Shown here: one piece after another, positions 49,781 through 58,603 of the stretch | Position numbering within the stretch: position 1 is the stretch's first letter | Layout: each line of letters opens with the position of its first letter | Source: Bdellovibrionales bacterium | GTDB taxonomy: Bacteria > Bdellovibrionota > Bdellovibrionia > Bdellovibrionales > JAGQZY01 | Length of the DNA: 64,000 bases | Direction of reading: 5' to 3' | Assembly (NCBI GenBank): GCA_031426555.1 | Contig: JANPLN010000057.1 | Location: 1 to 64,000, forward strand | Translations under genes and position numbers: made by a program | The notes under the pieces: model-generated | What the model was told of the DNA's origin: nothing | Database searches by the model: none | What the model saw: the letters and a program-made list of their open reading frames with translations, nothing else

Positions 49781-50851
49781 ATGAAACAATGGATCGAAAA
49801 AAACAAACCTTATTTTCCGGCAGAATTCTTTATTGGAGGTTTTGTCTTCGATCTCGTAACGCTTTCGCGGATTGACGAAAACTTTCAGTTGATTCAGCAA
49901 TTTGTTTATCTGGTAGTTATTGGTTTTTTGCTGATCTTCGAAAAATCCCAGCGGGTGGAAAAATGGTTCGCCACGGGGTTTTTGAATAAAATCTGGATTT
50001 ATCGCTACGAAGTTATTCATTTTCTCCTTGGCTCGTTGCTCAGTGTGTACACGATTTTTTATTTTAAAAGTGCTTCGATCTGGAGTTCGTTTATTTTTAT
50101 CGGCGCACTGTCTGCGCTGATGGTGCTCAATGAGTTCAAAAAAATCAAAGGACTGGGAGGCTTTTTACGCTTCTCGATGTTCTCGCTGTGCTCTTGCTCT
50201 TACTTTATTTATTTGGTGCCCATCATCTGGCAGCACTTGGGATTTTTCCCCTTTGTGTTCTCATTGATACTGTCGGGTATTTTTTATTATTGCTTTTTTT
50301 ATTTGATTTCGAAAAACCAAAATGTAACGTCGCGACAGTTATTTGTCGAAGTGCTAACTCCCGGTATCATCGTGCATGTTTTGTTTCTTGTACTTTATGT
50401 GGTTCGCTTTATTCCGCCCATTCCTCTCTCCGTAGAAAAAATGGGCGTCTATCACCAAATTAGCAAGCAGCAGGATCAGTACGTTTTGCAATACGATCGG
50501 CCGTGGTACTTGTTTTGGCAGCGGGGAGCACAAACATTTGTCGCTGCCCCAGAGGACAAAATCCATTGTTTCGTTAGTATCTTTGCACCGTCGTTTTTTC
50601 GCGAGCAGGTAAAAATGGAGTGGTACTTAGAAACCGCCCGGGGTTGGCAAAAAACCGACGCCATTCCATTTCAAATTTCTGGGGGCCGCGATCAGGGGTT
50701 TCGCGGGTACACCGTAAAAAGTCGTTTTGACGCCGGTGAATGGCAAGTTCGTGTGGTCACCTCTGACGACCGCGAAATGGGACGAATTTATTTTACTGTA
50801 ATTAAACAAGAGCTCGATCCAGCACGCGAGTTTAAAACCGATCTTTATTAA
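49781..50851 (+). CDS. DUF2914-family membrane protein
   Basis: FFIGGFVFDLVTL.RID, multiple TM helices, IPPIPLS and GGRDQGFRGY motifs. Confidence 0.8.
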   Translation: MKQWIEKNKPYFPAEFFIGGFVFDLVTLSRIDENFQLIQQFVYLVVIGFLLIFEKSQRVEKWFATGFLNKIWIYRYEVIHFLLGSLLSVYTIFYFKSASIWSSFIFIGALSALMVLNEFKKIKGLGGFLRFSMFSLCSCSYFIYLVPIIWQHLGFFPFVFSLILSGIFYYCFFYLISKNQNVTSRQLFVEVLTPGIIVHVLFLVLYVVRFIPPIPLSVEKMGVYHQISKQQDQYVLQYDRPWYLFWQRGAQTFVAAPEDKIHCFVSIFAPSFFREQVKMEWYLETARGWQKTDAIPFQISGGRDQGFRGYTVKSRFDAGEWQVRVVTSDDREMGRIYFTVIKQELDPAREFKTDLY

Positions 50852-50865
50852 AAAGTGCCGTGTGA

Positions 50866-51258
50866 TTACGTCGGCCCGTCGCAATTGAGAACAGGCGCAC
50901 CCCAGTTCTCACCAATCAAAGAAATCACCACATCGCACTTGCGCCAGTGCACAACAGATTCATCCATGTTGTGGCCCATGCCCACATCAAAGGCCAAACG
51001 AAACAAAGTTTCCTGAGGCGTGTACAGGGACGGCAGCTGGCTTTCGGCCTCGAGGTTTTGCAGTTCGATCACCCTGGGCGTCCACAGCAGGGAGGTTTTT
51101 TCGTTGATCGAAGTAAACGACATCTGCTTTTGAATATTAAAATAAATACTGTTCATCACTTTCAGCGGAACTGGATTGCTCGAAATCTGAGCAGATGCGC
51201 TAAGGCAAGAGAGGGCAGTAGCCGTTATCAACGTAATACAAAAAATTAAAAATTTCAT
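50866..51258 (-). CDS. Secreted hypothetical protein
   Basis: Signal MKFLIF...ASA, AGGGGG RBS, Cys pair. Confidence 0.65.
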   Translation of the reverse strand: MKFLIFCITLITATALSCLSASAQISSNPVPLKVMNSIYFNIQKQMSFTSINEKTSLLWTPRVIELQNLEAESQLPSLYTPQETLFRLAFDVGMGHNMDESVVHWRKCDVVISLIGENWGAPVLNCDGPT

Positions 51259-51349
51259 AAGCCCCCTGGTGCTACTTCATAGACTACTTTAAGTTGTATG
51301 TTTTTGGGGTTGTAAAATAACTGAGCGGTTGGGTTTTGCAACTCAGTTG

Positions 51350-52261
51350 TTAAAAGTTAATAAACGACAGCAGCACAAACTCAGTGTGCTCGGGCTTAAA
51401 TTGGCCCACGTTGCTGATACTTCCGGCACGGGCTTGGGAAAAACCCCAAATCGGCACAACGTTTTGCACGTTAAATAAGAACGAAAAATTTCGGTTGAGG
51501 GTGTAGCGAACCGAAGGACCCACTTTCACAGAGTGTTCACCGTAACGTTGATCCCGTGCGCGGGTGGTGTTGTTGGTGTTCGATTTATTATACCAGTCAT
51601 CTTCTGTTCCAATATAGGCACCGATAAACAGTTTTGGATCTGCCTTGTACCAAAGTGATAAACGCTGATCCAGCTCCCAGCTTTTCGTATGGGTGTCTCC
51701 CCCGGTGTCGGGATTGGTGTACACGGTGAGCGAGTGCATATTATGCGTGATGATGGGCCAGTACTCGAGCTGGAAGTCTTTATTGATATATCTGGAGGCA
51801 ATGGCGTCAAAACGAAGTCCCACAATTTTTCGCTGCACCCACGAGTACTTGCTAGTTGGTATTTCAATTCGGTAACGAGAAAACACTTCGATGTCTCCAG
51901 GAAGAAGTGTGGCGCTTACTGTATAGTCGACTAAAACGTCGGCACCACTCACGCCCTGGGGCTGCACATCGTCGCCGTCGAAGCTATTAAAACCGGCGGT
52001 GTTATAAATAAACGGAAGGCGAAGGGCCCAGTGGGTACCATAGGACGTAGAGGTATTTATCGAAAGATAATTATAGCTCGAAATCATGGCACCGCCATCT
52101 TGGGCCGAAGATGATTCCATGGATGCCAAACTAAACGCATTGAACCAGTAACTGCGGTCGCTATCAATCGAAGTTTCGAGGGCCGAAACATTGGCAAGCG
52201 CTGGGCAGACGCCGAGTAAAACGCCGAGTGAGATTAAAATTGCAATGATTCCGTATTTCAT
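51350..52261 (-). CDS. Putative outer-membrane beta-barrel protein
   Basis: Signal MKYGII...ALA, amphipathic strands, C-terminal ...SFINF. Confidence 0.6.
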   Translation of the reverse strand: MKYGIIAILISLGVLLGVCPALANVSALETSIDSDRSYWFNAFSLASMESSSAQDGGAMISSYNYLSINTSTSYGTHWALRLPFIYNTAGFNSFDGDDVQPQGVSGADVLVDYTVSATLLPGDIEVFSRYRIEIPTSKYSWVQRKIVGLRFDAIASRYINKDFQLEYWPIITHNMHSLTVYTNPDTGGDTHTKSWELDQRLSLWYKADPKLFIGAYIGTEDDWYNKSNTNNTTRARDQRYGEHSVKVGPSVRYTLNRNFSFLFNVQNVVPIWGFSQARAGSISNVGQFKPEHTEFVLLSFINF

Positions 52262-52474
52262 GCCAAGCCCCCAGTGCCAACAATAACGAACCCACAGATT
52301 TAAGGAGGCCCCGCCGGAATAGCAAGGGTTTTCGCGCAGGGAAGAACAAGATAGAAGTTTTTGCAATGCTCCAAACACAAAAAAACCAAATACTCACGAA
52401 AGGCCTCTTGAAAACCCAGTTGTTCCATGCAAAGTTCCAAGCCACGTATTTTGGGCGTGTATCAGGGGGATGGC

Positions 52475-53584
52475 GTGCGCGGGTCTAAATCATTTAAGTT
52501 CACAATTGCTTTGCTGTTTTGCTTATCAAGTTTCGCCTGCGTACAAAAGCCAAAGCCGGTTTTTTCGGCAAAGGCCCCTCCGCTTGCGGGCACGGTCACT
52601 GTAATGACCTTTAACGTGCAAAACCTTTTCGACACCGACGACGATCCCGAAAAAAACGACGAAGCCTTTTTACCTTTAGATAAAAAAACCGCCCTCGTGC
52701 GATCCGCTTGCTACGAAAGCAATCAAGAAAACGCCTACTACCTAAAAGAATGTCTCACCAACGACTGGAACGAGCGCATTCTAAAGATGAAAATGAAGCG
52801 CCTCACCGACGTGGTTCGACAGATCAAAGACGGGCGCGGTCCCGATGTTCTCATCTTGCAAGAGGTTGAGAACGTAAAAATTCTCGATCGTTGGCGCACG
52901 GAATACTTGGGAGCGATGAATTACAAGCCGGCTCTCCTTATCGAGGGTCCGGACAAGCGCGGCATCGACGTAGGTATTCTTACTCGGCTCGAATCTGCAG
53001 GTCCCACAACCTTGCATTTGATTCCTTACAAGGCCAACGAGGCTCTTAAAGCCGATCAAATCCGCCCAACCCGCGGTATCTTAGAATCCACATTAGCTTT
53101 GCCAGACGGCACGCCTCTCACAGTCTTGGGTCTCCACTTTCCATCCCAGGGAGCTCCCACTGAAACTCGGAAACAGGCGGTGGATTTTATCAATGTGATT
53201 CGAACAAAACTACCGGCCGACCGCATGGTGATTGTTGGCGGGGATTTTAATATTACGTCTGATGAAGATGCTAAATCAGGTTACGTTTCGCGAACTTTGG
53301 CAAGTAACTGGGGCGTGTCGCACATGATGGGCTGCACAGGATGTTTAGGAACAACCTACTATCCAAAAAACCAGACGTGGTCGTTCTTCGACATTCTCCT
53401 TGTAACGCCCGGCTTGAAGCCCGATGGAACGTCGCCTTGGAAAGTGTTACCCGAAAGTATTCGCATCGAAAATAACAGTGTTTATCACACCAATCGTTAT
53501 GGAAGTCCGGCGCGTTTTAATGAAAATCGTAAAGATGGCGTTTCGGATCACTGGCCGATGGTTTTAGATATTATCAAAAGATAG
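52475..53584 (+). CDS. Endonuclease/exonuclease/phosphatase-family lipoprotein
   Basis: FAC lipobox; TFNVQNLFD, LQEVEN, HFPS, GDFN and SDHWP motifs. GTG start chosen after AGGGGG. Confidence 0.88.
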   Translation: MRGSKSFKFTIALLFCLSSFACVQKPKPVFSAKAPPLAGTVTVMTFNVQNLFDTDDDPEKNDEAFLPLDKKTALVRSACYESNQENAYYLKECLTNDWNERILKMKMKRLTDVVRQIKDGRGPDVLILQEVENVKILDRWRTEYLGAMNYKPALLIEGPDKRGIDVGILTRLESAGPTTLHLIPYKANEALKADQIRPTRGILESTLALPDGTPLTVLGLHFPSQGAPTETRKQAVDFINVIRTKLPADRMVIVGGDFNITSDEDAKSGYVSRTLASNWGVSHMMGCTGCLGTTYYPKNQTWSFFDILLVTPGLKPDGTSPWKVLPESIRIENNSVYHTNRYGSPARFNENRKDGVSDHWPMVLDIIKR

Positions 53585-53595
53585 TTGGGGGATTT

Positions 53596-54561
53596 ATGAT
53601 TAAATTATTTTTACCGTTAACAATTGCTTTGTTTGTTGTGGCCTGTGGACCGCGCGATGTGGCCAATGGTGGCAGAAATGGCAATGGCGGTGGACCTGGA
53701 CAACAAGGCGGCGCCGGCGGCGGAAACGCAAAACTCGCGTTCACGGTGCAAGACGACGGTGAGCGCGCAGAAACCTGCCCCACAAAAAATCAAGATTACA
53801 AAAACATCATTGTCTCCGAAGACGATCTTGAAGGCGTATTGGATGGCACCATCAAAGCCGTTATCGAGCCGGGAAATCGCAACTGCTTCCGCGTTGGAAC
53901 CGTTGTTCAGCTAAAAACTGATTTTTCGTCAGACGAAGTTCAAGCAGATGTTGTGGTCGTTAAAACTGAAGGTATTGCGCTTTCGAAGTTAGCAAAAAAA
54001 CATGCCGAGGCTTTTGCTATGACCGTTGGCGAATTAAAAGATCGCGGTCAGGAGTTAATTGACGCCATCGAGGCGCAAAAAAAATTCCGTCCTGAGGGAA
54101 TGGTCAATATTACCTATTTTAAAACTGCGGGTGCTGACAATAATGGAAATGTTAAAAATACCGAGATCGAATTGTCCACGACTGTGTACACAAAAGCTGG
54201 CGAGCGGCCGGCATCGTGTACTTCAAAATCCAAATGGACGCGAATTTCGATTCCCGCCGAGCAAGATGAAAATCTAAAATCAGGCAAAGTGATCGCCTGG
54301 TACTCGCCTGGCGAAAAAAATTGTTTCGAAGTGGGGTCTGAAATCGAGGTTAAAGAGCAAGTTGGGCCTGCGCGCGCCATCCTAAGAGTATCGCGAATCG
54401 AAGTGGTCCCCTCTGCACAATTGAGTTCCATTCATGCTCGGTCGATGAGCATGAACCTTGACGATGTTAAGCTGTTGGTGAACCAGGATGAAGAATTGAT
54501 CAATTTCGTTTTCTTTGATTACGTAATGACCCCATCTGCGCAGGAACTTCTTAAGCCATAA
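53596..54561 (+). CDS. Lipoprotein with two ASCH/PUA-like repeats
   Basis: VVAC lipobox, Gly linker, duplicated GER...C...G...A...PG..NCF.VG...HA unit. Confidence 0.55.
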   Translation: MIKLFLPLTIALFVVACGPRDVANGGRNGNGGGPGQQGGAGGGNAKLAFTVQDDGERAETCPTKNQDYKNIIVSEDDLEGVLDGTIKAVIEPGNRNCFRVGTVVQLKTDFSSDEVQADVVVVKTEGIALSKLAKKHAEAFAMTVGELKDRGQELIDAIEAQKKFRPEGMVNITYFKTAGADNNGNVKNTEIELSTTVYTKAGERPASCTSKSKWTRISIPAEQDENLKSGKVIAWYSPGEKNCFEVGSEIEVKEQVGPARAILRVSRIEVVPSAQLSSIHARSMSMNLDDVKLLVNQDEELINFVFFDYVMTPSAQELLKP

Positions 54562-54665
54562 CGCATTGCCAAATTTAATCATTAGTGCATAATTCCGCAG
54601 TCTTGGGAGTTGTTTTTAATTCTCGGGCCGATTAAGTTAACCGTCTAACTTGATCTTCAAGTTGT

Positions 54666-54742
54666 GGTGTCGTAGCTCAGTTGGATAGAGCATCTGCCTT
54701 CTAAGCAGACGGTCGCACGTTCGAATCGTGCCGACATCACCA
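54666..54742 (+). tRNA. tRNA-Arg(TCT)
   Basis: Acceptor stem GGTGTCG/CGACATC, anticodon loop CTTCTAA, TTCGAAT T-loop, encoded CCA. Confidence 0.95.
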
Positions 54743-54745
54743 GTT

Positions 54746-54937
54746 CTACTTCTCAGCTACAATTTTATAACGTAGGTTTTTGCGCGAAGAATTTGCGATC
54801 AACGATAAAAATAAAATAAAGAAAAACAGTATGATCTGCAGTTTCGCAGTGTCAGTGGCAACCGAAGCCGCACCAGAGTACCCCATAGCGGCCGAAAATA
54901 AACCGGTAAACAAAAATGTAAAAGCCAATCGAAGCAC
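54746..54937 (-). CDS. DUF1328 (UPF0391)-like small membrane protein
   Basis: MLR.A..F......AA.GYSG.A......AK....FF..LF pattern, AAGGAG RBS, GTG start. Confidence 0.7.
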   Translation of the reverse strand: MLRLAFTFLFTGLFSAAMGYSGAASVATDTAKLQIILFFFILFLSLIANSSRKNLRYKIVAEK

Positions 54938-54970
54938 GGCAAGCTCCTTTTTTAAGGGATTAGTAAGGGA

Positions 54971-55105
54971 TTAGACAGGGTCAAAAGACGAAGAAAGAGT
55001 TGTAAATTCGTTTTTCAACTCATACTTTTCCTTGTTAACGACGTAAAGGTTTGGGTTTTTAAAATACTCTTTGGCGTAGACTAAAAACGCTGAATGTAAG
55101 CTCAT
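54971..55105 (-). CDS. Small 44-aa hypothetical protein (absent from the ORF track)
   Basis: AGGAGG RBS before the ATG; MSLHSAFLVYAKEYFKNPNL...SFDPV. Confidence 0.5.
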   Translation of the reverse strand: MSLHSAFLVYAKEYFKNPNLYVVNKEKYELKNEFTTLSSSFDPV

Positions 55106-55266
55106 ACTTCCTCCTGAGGGTTACTAACTCGCTTAGAATAGGCTTAATTGGCATTTGAGACTTCTACTTACATTGGAACCTGTGTGGAGATTTCTACACA
55201 TCCAGCTAGAAACTTTTTAATTTCGGCCTTTTAGTTTAAAGTCGGCCCACAAAGCGGAGGACAACG

Positions 55267-55953
55267 ATGAAGCGAGTGTTACTAGTCGAAGATGCAAAAG
55301 AGATTCAGTTAATGGTGGTTCACGCACTGCAGTTGATTGCTGATGTGACCTGGGTTTCTGATTTGGCCACGGCTCGCGAAACTATCAAACGCGATGAATT
55401 TGACATCTATCTTTTGGACGTAGAGTTGCCCGACGGAAGAGGCTTTGAGCTTTGTTCAACGATCCAGCAGGCCAATCCGCAATCGCCCATTATCTTTTTA
55501 ACGGCCCATAGTGAGCTTTCAGACAAAGTGATGGGATTTGCCGTGGGCGCCGATGATTACATCACGAAACCGTTTGATTCCATCGAGCTTCGCGCGCGTG
55601 TAGAAGCACGACTTAAAAAAATGGATCTGTTTAAGCACTCTGCTGATATTTTGAAATGGAAAAGCCTCAAAATTAACAAATCAAGACAAGAAGTGCATGT
55701 TCTCGAAGGCAAGCAGGATGTGAAAGTCGATTTGACTTCGCTAGAATTTAAATTGCTGTCTTACCTCGCAAATCGCCCCCATGAAGTTGTTCATCGCGAT
55801 GAAATTTTGGATCAGCTGTGGGGCACGGACGTACATGTGTACGCCCGCTCAGTGGACACTCACATTAGCAAGTTACGAAAGAAACTGGGATTAGCATCTA
55901 GCTCTATTCAGTCGATTCATGGAACCGGTTACAAATTTTCTCCAGACCAGTAA
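55267..55953 (+). CDS. OmpR/PhoB-family response regulator
   Basis: VED, LLDVELPD, FLTA and GADDYITKPF receiver motifs; winged helix RSVDTHISKLRKK and HGTGY. Confidence 0.95.
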   Translation: MKRVLLVEDAKEIQLMVVHALQLIADVTWVSDLATARETIKRDEFDIYLLDVELPDGRGFELCSTIQQANPQSPIIFLTAHSELSDKVMGFAVGADDYITKPFDSIELRARVEARLKKMDLFKHSADILKWKSLKINKSRQEVHVLEGKQDVKVDLTSLEFKLLSYLANRPHEVVHRDEILDQLWGTDVHVYARSVDTHISKLRKKLGLASSSIQSIHGTGYKFSPDQ

Positions 55954-55958
55954 AAAGA

Positions 55959-56159
55959 TCAGACTTTATGTGGGTGGGATTTGTCGGCATGGGTCTCTTC
56001 GAGCTTGTCGCCAAGATCATGAACTTTCTGACCAACTCCTGGCAAACCGACATCGGAAATTTTATGGCCTACTTTTTCAATGGCGTCTCCAACCGAATTG
56101 CGCCATGGTTTTCCATTTTTTCCGTTTCCAACGATGGGGTTTTTTGAATCTTTTTGCAT
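55959..56159 (-). CDS. Small hydrophilic protein, possibly CsbD/stress-type
   Basis: AGGAGG RBS; VGDAIEKVGHKIS...GQKVHDLGDKLE. Confidence 0.6.
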   Translation of the reverse strand: MQKDSKNPIVGNGKNGKPWRNSVGDAIEKVGHKISDVGLPGVGQKVHDLGDKLEETHADKSHPHKV

Positions 56160-56406
56160 GTTGTATTTCCTCCTGCTCAAACGAGCTGTTGTGCTTCATT
56201 GTAATGCAGGCTCTTTAAAACGCTTTGCTGTTCCTTGAAGGTCATTTGCAAATATCCACACAAATACAAAATCATGAGCTTTTGAACATTAGACGGGTGG
56301 TGTCGTAATTTTTTTTGTTTAATTTACAAAACATTTGAAAAATTGTTTCAAAATAATCGGAGGGCCATTAAATCTTAGTCTTCAAGTTCTGGGGGGGACT
56401 AATTAT

Positions 56407-57504
56407 ATGAAAACTTTGATATTTTGCGTTTTCTTCCTGCTGCAAATAACCACGGCATCGGCGGGGACTTTTTTAGATTTTGCAGAAACTTCACTTTTTG
56501 ATCCTAGCACCACACAGCGGATCGGTTTGGAAGTAGAGCTCACCGGGCTTACGCAGCAGGAGATCGGTGAAGAGCTGCAAAAAGCCCTCGGGGGAACACT
56601 CAAATGGGTCACCATCATGGAGGACAATCTCAATTCTCAAACTCGTAAAATCGAAACCTATCCTGTTCATGAACTGCATTTAGTAAACTCGTCGATGGTG
56701 GCTGACGTGATCATTAAGCCCGAAGACAATGTCACTGAAAATGCAGATATGGCCGAGCAAAAAGCGCGCACTCGCATCTACGAAATCGTAACGCCTCCCA
56801 TTTATTACGAGCAAGCCATTCCATTGCAAGCCGCTTTGGAGAGCATGCAATTAAAGGGCGCTCAAGGAACAAAAGACGGGCACGCCGTCGCCATCCAAAT
56901 CAATATCGAGATGGGCCAAGGCGATCCAAAGAAAATTTCTGCCCTTAAAATCTTGGCGATCCTGCGCAACTACTTAAAGCCCGAACATCGCGCATCCATT
57001 GCCTACGAGCTCCAAGCGCCGGCCTTTCGACAAATGTATTTGGGCTTGTATACGCCGGGGATGATGTCGCGAATTTTGGATACGCACTACCGACCTTCGA
57101 ACAAACAGTTCTTTTTTGATTTTATGTATCGTCAATCCTTAGAACTCTTTGGTGTTCGTGAGGCTTGGATCATGCCCGAAGCGCAAGCGCGCAAAGTCTT
57201 ACAGTCGATCCTTGCGCAAAGACCTTTTGATGAAATCCTTCCTGTGATGAAATGGAATTACATCCGCGCCTCTGCGGTGCTGATGTTTTTGTATCCTAAG
57301 GATTGGCTGAGTCGCTATCTCCACAGCACAACCTGGTTTCATCAATATCCTATTCTTGAATTTCGTGAGGCAAATAGCGATTTTTTACTCTTAAAACGCC
57401 TCAAACAATTTTTAGGCATCGTTCAGTACAGCGAGACCCATGGCGATATTGTTTGGTCGGAGAGACTGTCGCAACTTCAATGTAGACAGCTGTTTGCCAA
57501 GTAA
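56407..57504 (+). CDS. Secreted amidoligase-like (COOH-NH2 ligase fold) protein
   Basis: Signal ...ASA; RIGLEVEL, YEIVTPP, IQINI and LEFRE motifs. Confidence 0.65.
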   Translation: MKTLIFCVFFLLQITTASAGTFLDFAETSLFDPSTTQRIGLEVELTGLTQQEIGEELQKALGGTLKWVTIMEDNLNSQTRKIETYPVHELHLVNSSMVADVIIKPEDNVTENADMAEQKARTRIYEIVTPPIYYEQAIPLQAALESMQLKGAQGTKDGHAVAIQINIEMGQGDPKKISALKILAILRNYLKPEHRASIAYELQAPAFRQMYLGLYTPGMMSRILDTHYRPSNKQFFFDFMYRQSLELFGVREAWIMPEAQARKVLQSILAQRPFDEILPVMKWNYIRASAVLMFLYPKDWLSRYLHSTTWFHQYPILEFREANSDFLLLKRLKQFLGIVQYSETHGDIVWSERLSQLQCRQLFAK

Positions 57505-57540
57505 GTAGTGTGTCCTCACGACATTTGCAGCCGAGACGTT

Positions 57541-58425
57541 ATGCAGCACCTATTTTTAAAATTCTACCAGTTATTATTTTTATTATTCTTTTTGCCTAGT
57601 TGTTCCCATTTATTTTTGCAACCCTCTAAAATTGATTATACTGTGCACTGGAAAGAGCGCAGCGAGCATATCCAGGACGGTTTTTTCCAAAGCAAGAATG
57701 GGACGAAGCTGCATTACTGGCTGATGGGATGGAAAAACACAAAGCCAAAGGCGGTGGTTTTACAGTTTCACGGAAACGCCGAAAATATGACGTCCCATGG
57801 AATGAGTTTAGGCTGGCTCACACATCACAACCTGCAGGTTCTATCGTTTGACTATCAGGGCTACGGAAAGAGTTACGGGGAGAAGTCCGTAACCAACGCC
57901 CTGGAAGACTGCTACGCCGCCATTCAAATGGCTACGGAGCACGCGCAAAAACTCAACGTCCCACTGGTTCTGTATGGCCAAAGTCTCGGTGGAAGTTTGC
58001 TGTTAAAAACTCTGAAAGATCACCCACAACCGTTGAATCCAGAGTGGAATCCAAATCTTGTGATCGTAGAATCCGCATTCTATTCGTATCCAATGATCGC
58101 CCGCGAAAAACTAGCCAACTTTTTTATCACGTGGCCTCTCCAATGGATGGCCTACGTGCTACTGCCATCAAGCTACAACCCAGGCGGCAAAGATTTAAAA
58201 AATCTAGCCCACATGTCATTTTTGTTTCTGTATTCAGAAGACGACCCCATAGTACCCATCCACCACGGCCGACTGCTGTATGAAGAAATCCCATCCAAAG
58301 ATAAAACCTTCTGGAGCTACCCCGAATCCGCCCACATCGCCTACGCCTACGTCAACAAAGGCGCCAACAAACTCAAACTCCTAAACTTCATCCTCGAAAA
58401 AACCACCCCAACGCCAACCAAGTAA
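57541..58425 (+). CDS. Alpha/beta hydrolase lipoprotein
   Basis: LPSC lipobox; FHGNAEN, DYQGYG.S, GQSLGG, DDPIVP and C-terminal His. Confidence 0.88.
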   Translation: MQHLFLKFYQLLFLLFFLPSCSHLFLQPSKIDYTVHWKERSEHIQDGFFQSKNGTKLHYWLMGWKNTKPKAVVLQFHGNAENMTSHGMSLGWLTHHNLQVLSFDYQGYGKSYGEKSVTNALEDCYAAIQMATEHAQKLNVPLVLYGQSLGGSLLLKTLKDHPQPLNPEWNPNLVIVESAFYSYPMIAREKLANFFITWPLQWMAYVLLPSSYNPGGKDLKNLAHMSFLFLYSEDDPIVPIHHGRLLYEEIPSKDKTFWSYPESAHIAYAYVNKGANKLKLLNFILEKTTPTPTK

Positions 58426-58603
58426 AACTGAGTCCTTAATTTAATTCTTATTTCTTTTTTCTAAAAAATTCAGTTTTTAAATGGTTCTAAAAACGAGTTC
58501 CGCAGGCTCCTGCCGAGGACTGTTCGAGGCTTTTAGGACTATTTAAAAACTGAATTTTTTAGAAAAAAGAAATAAGAATTAAATTAAGGACTCAGTTTTA
58601 CTT
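58420..58603. repeat. Long inverted repeat between convergent genes
   Basis: 58420-58482 is the exact reverse complement of 58541-58603 (63 bp). The stem extends 10 bp further with two G-U pairs around a 38-nt GC-rich loop. Confidence 0.95.

Noticed and set aside
54666..54742. tRNA-Arg as an integration site
   Set aside because: No duplicated tRNA 3' end or integrase was noticed in the window.
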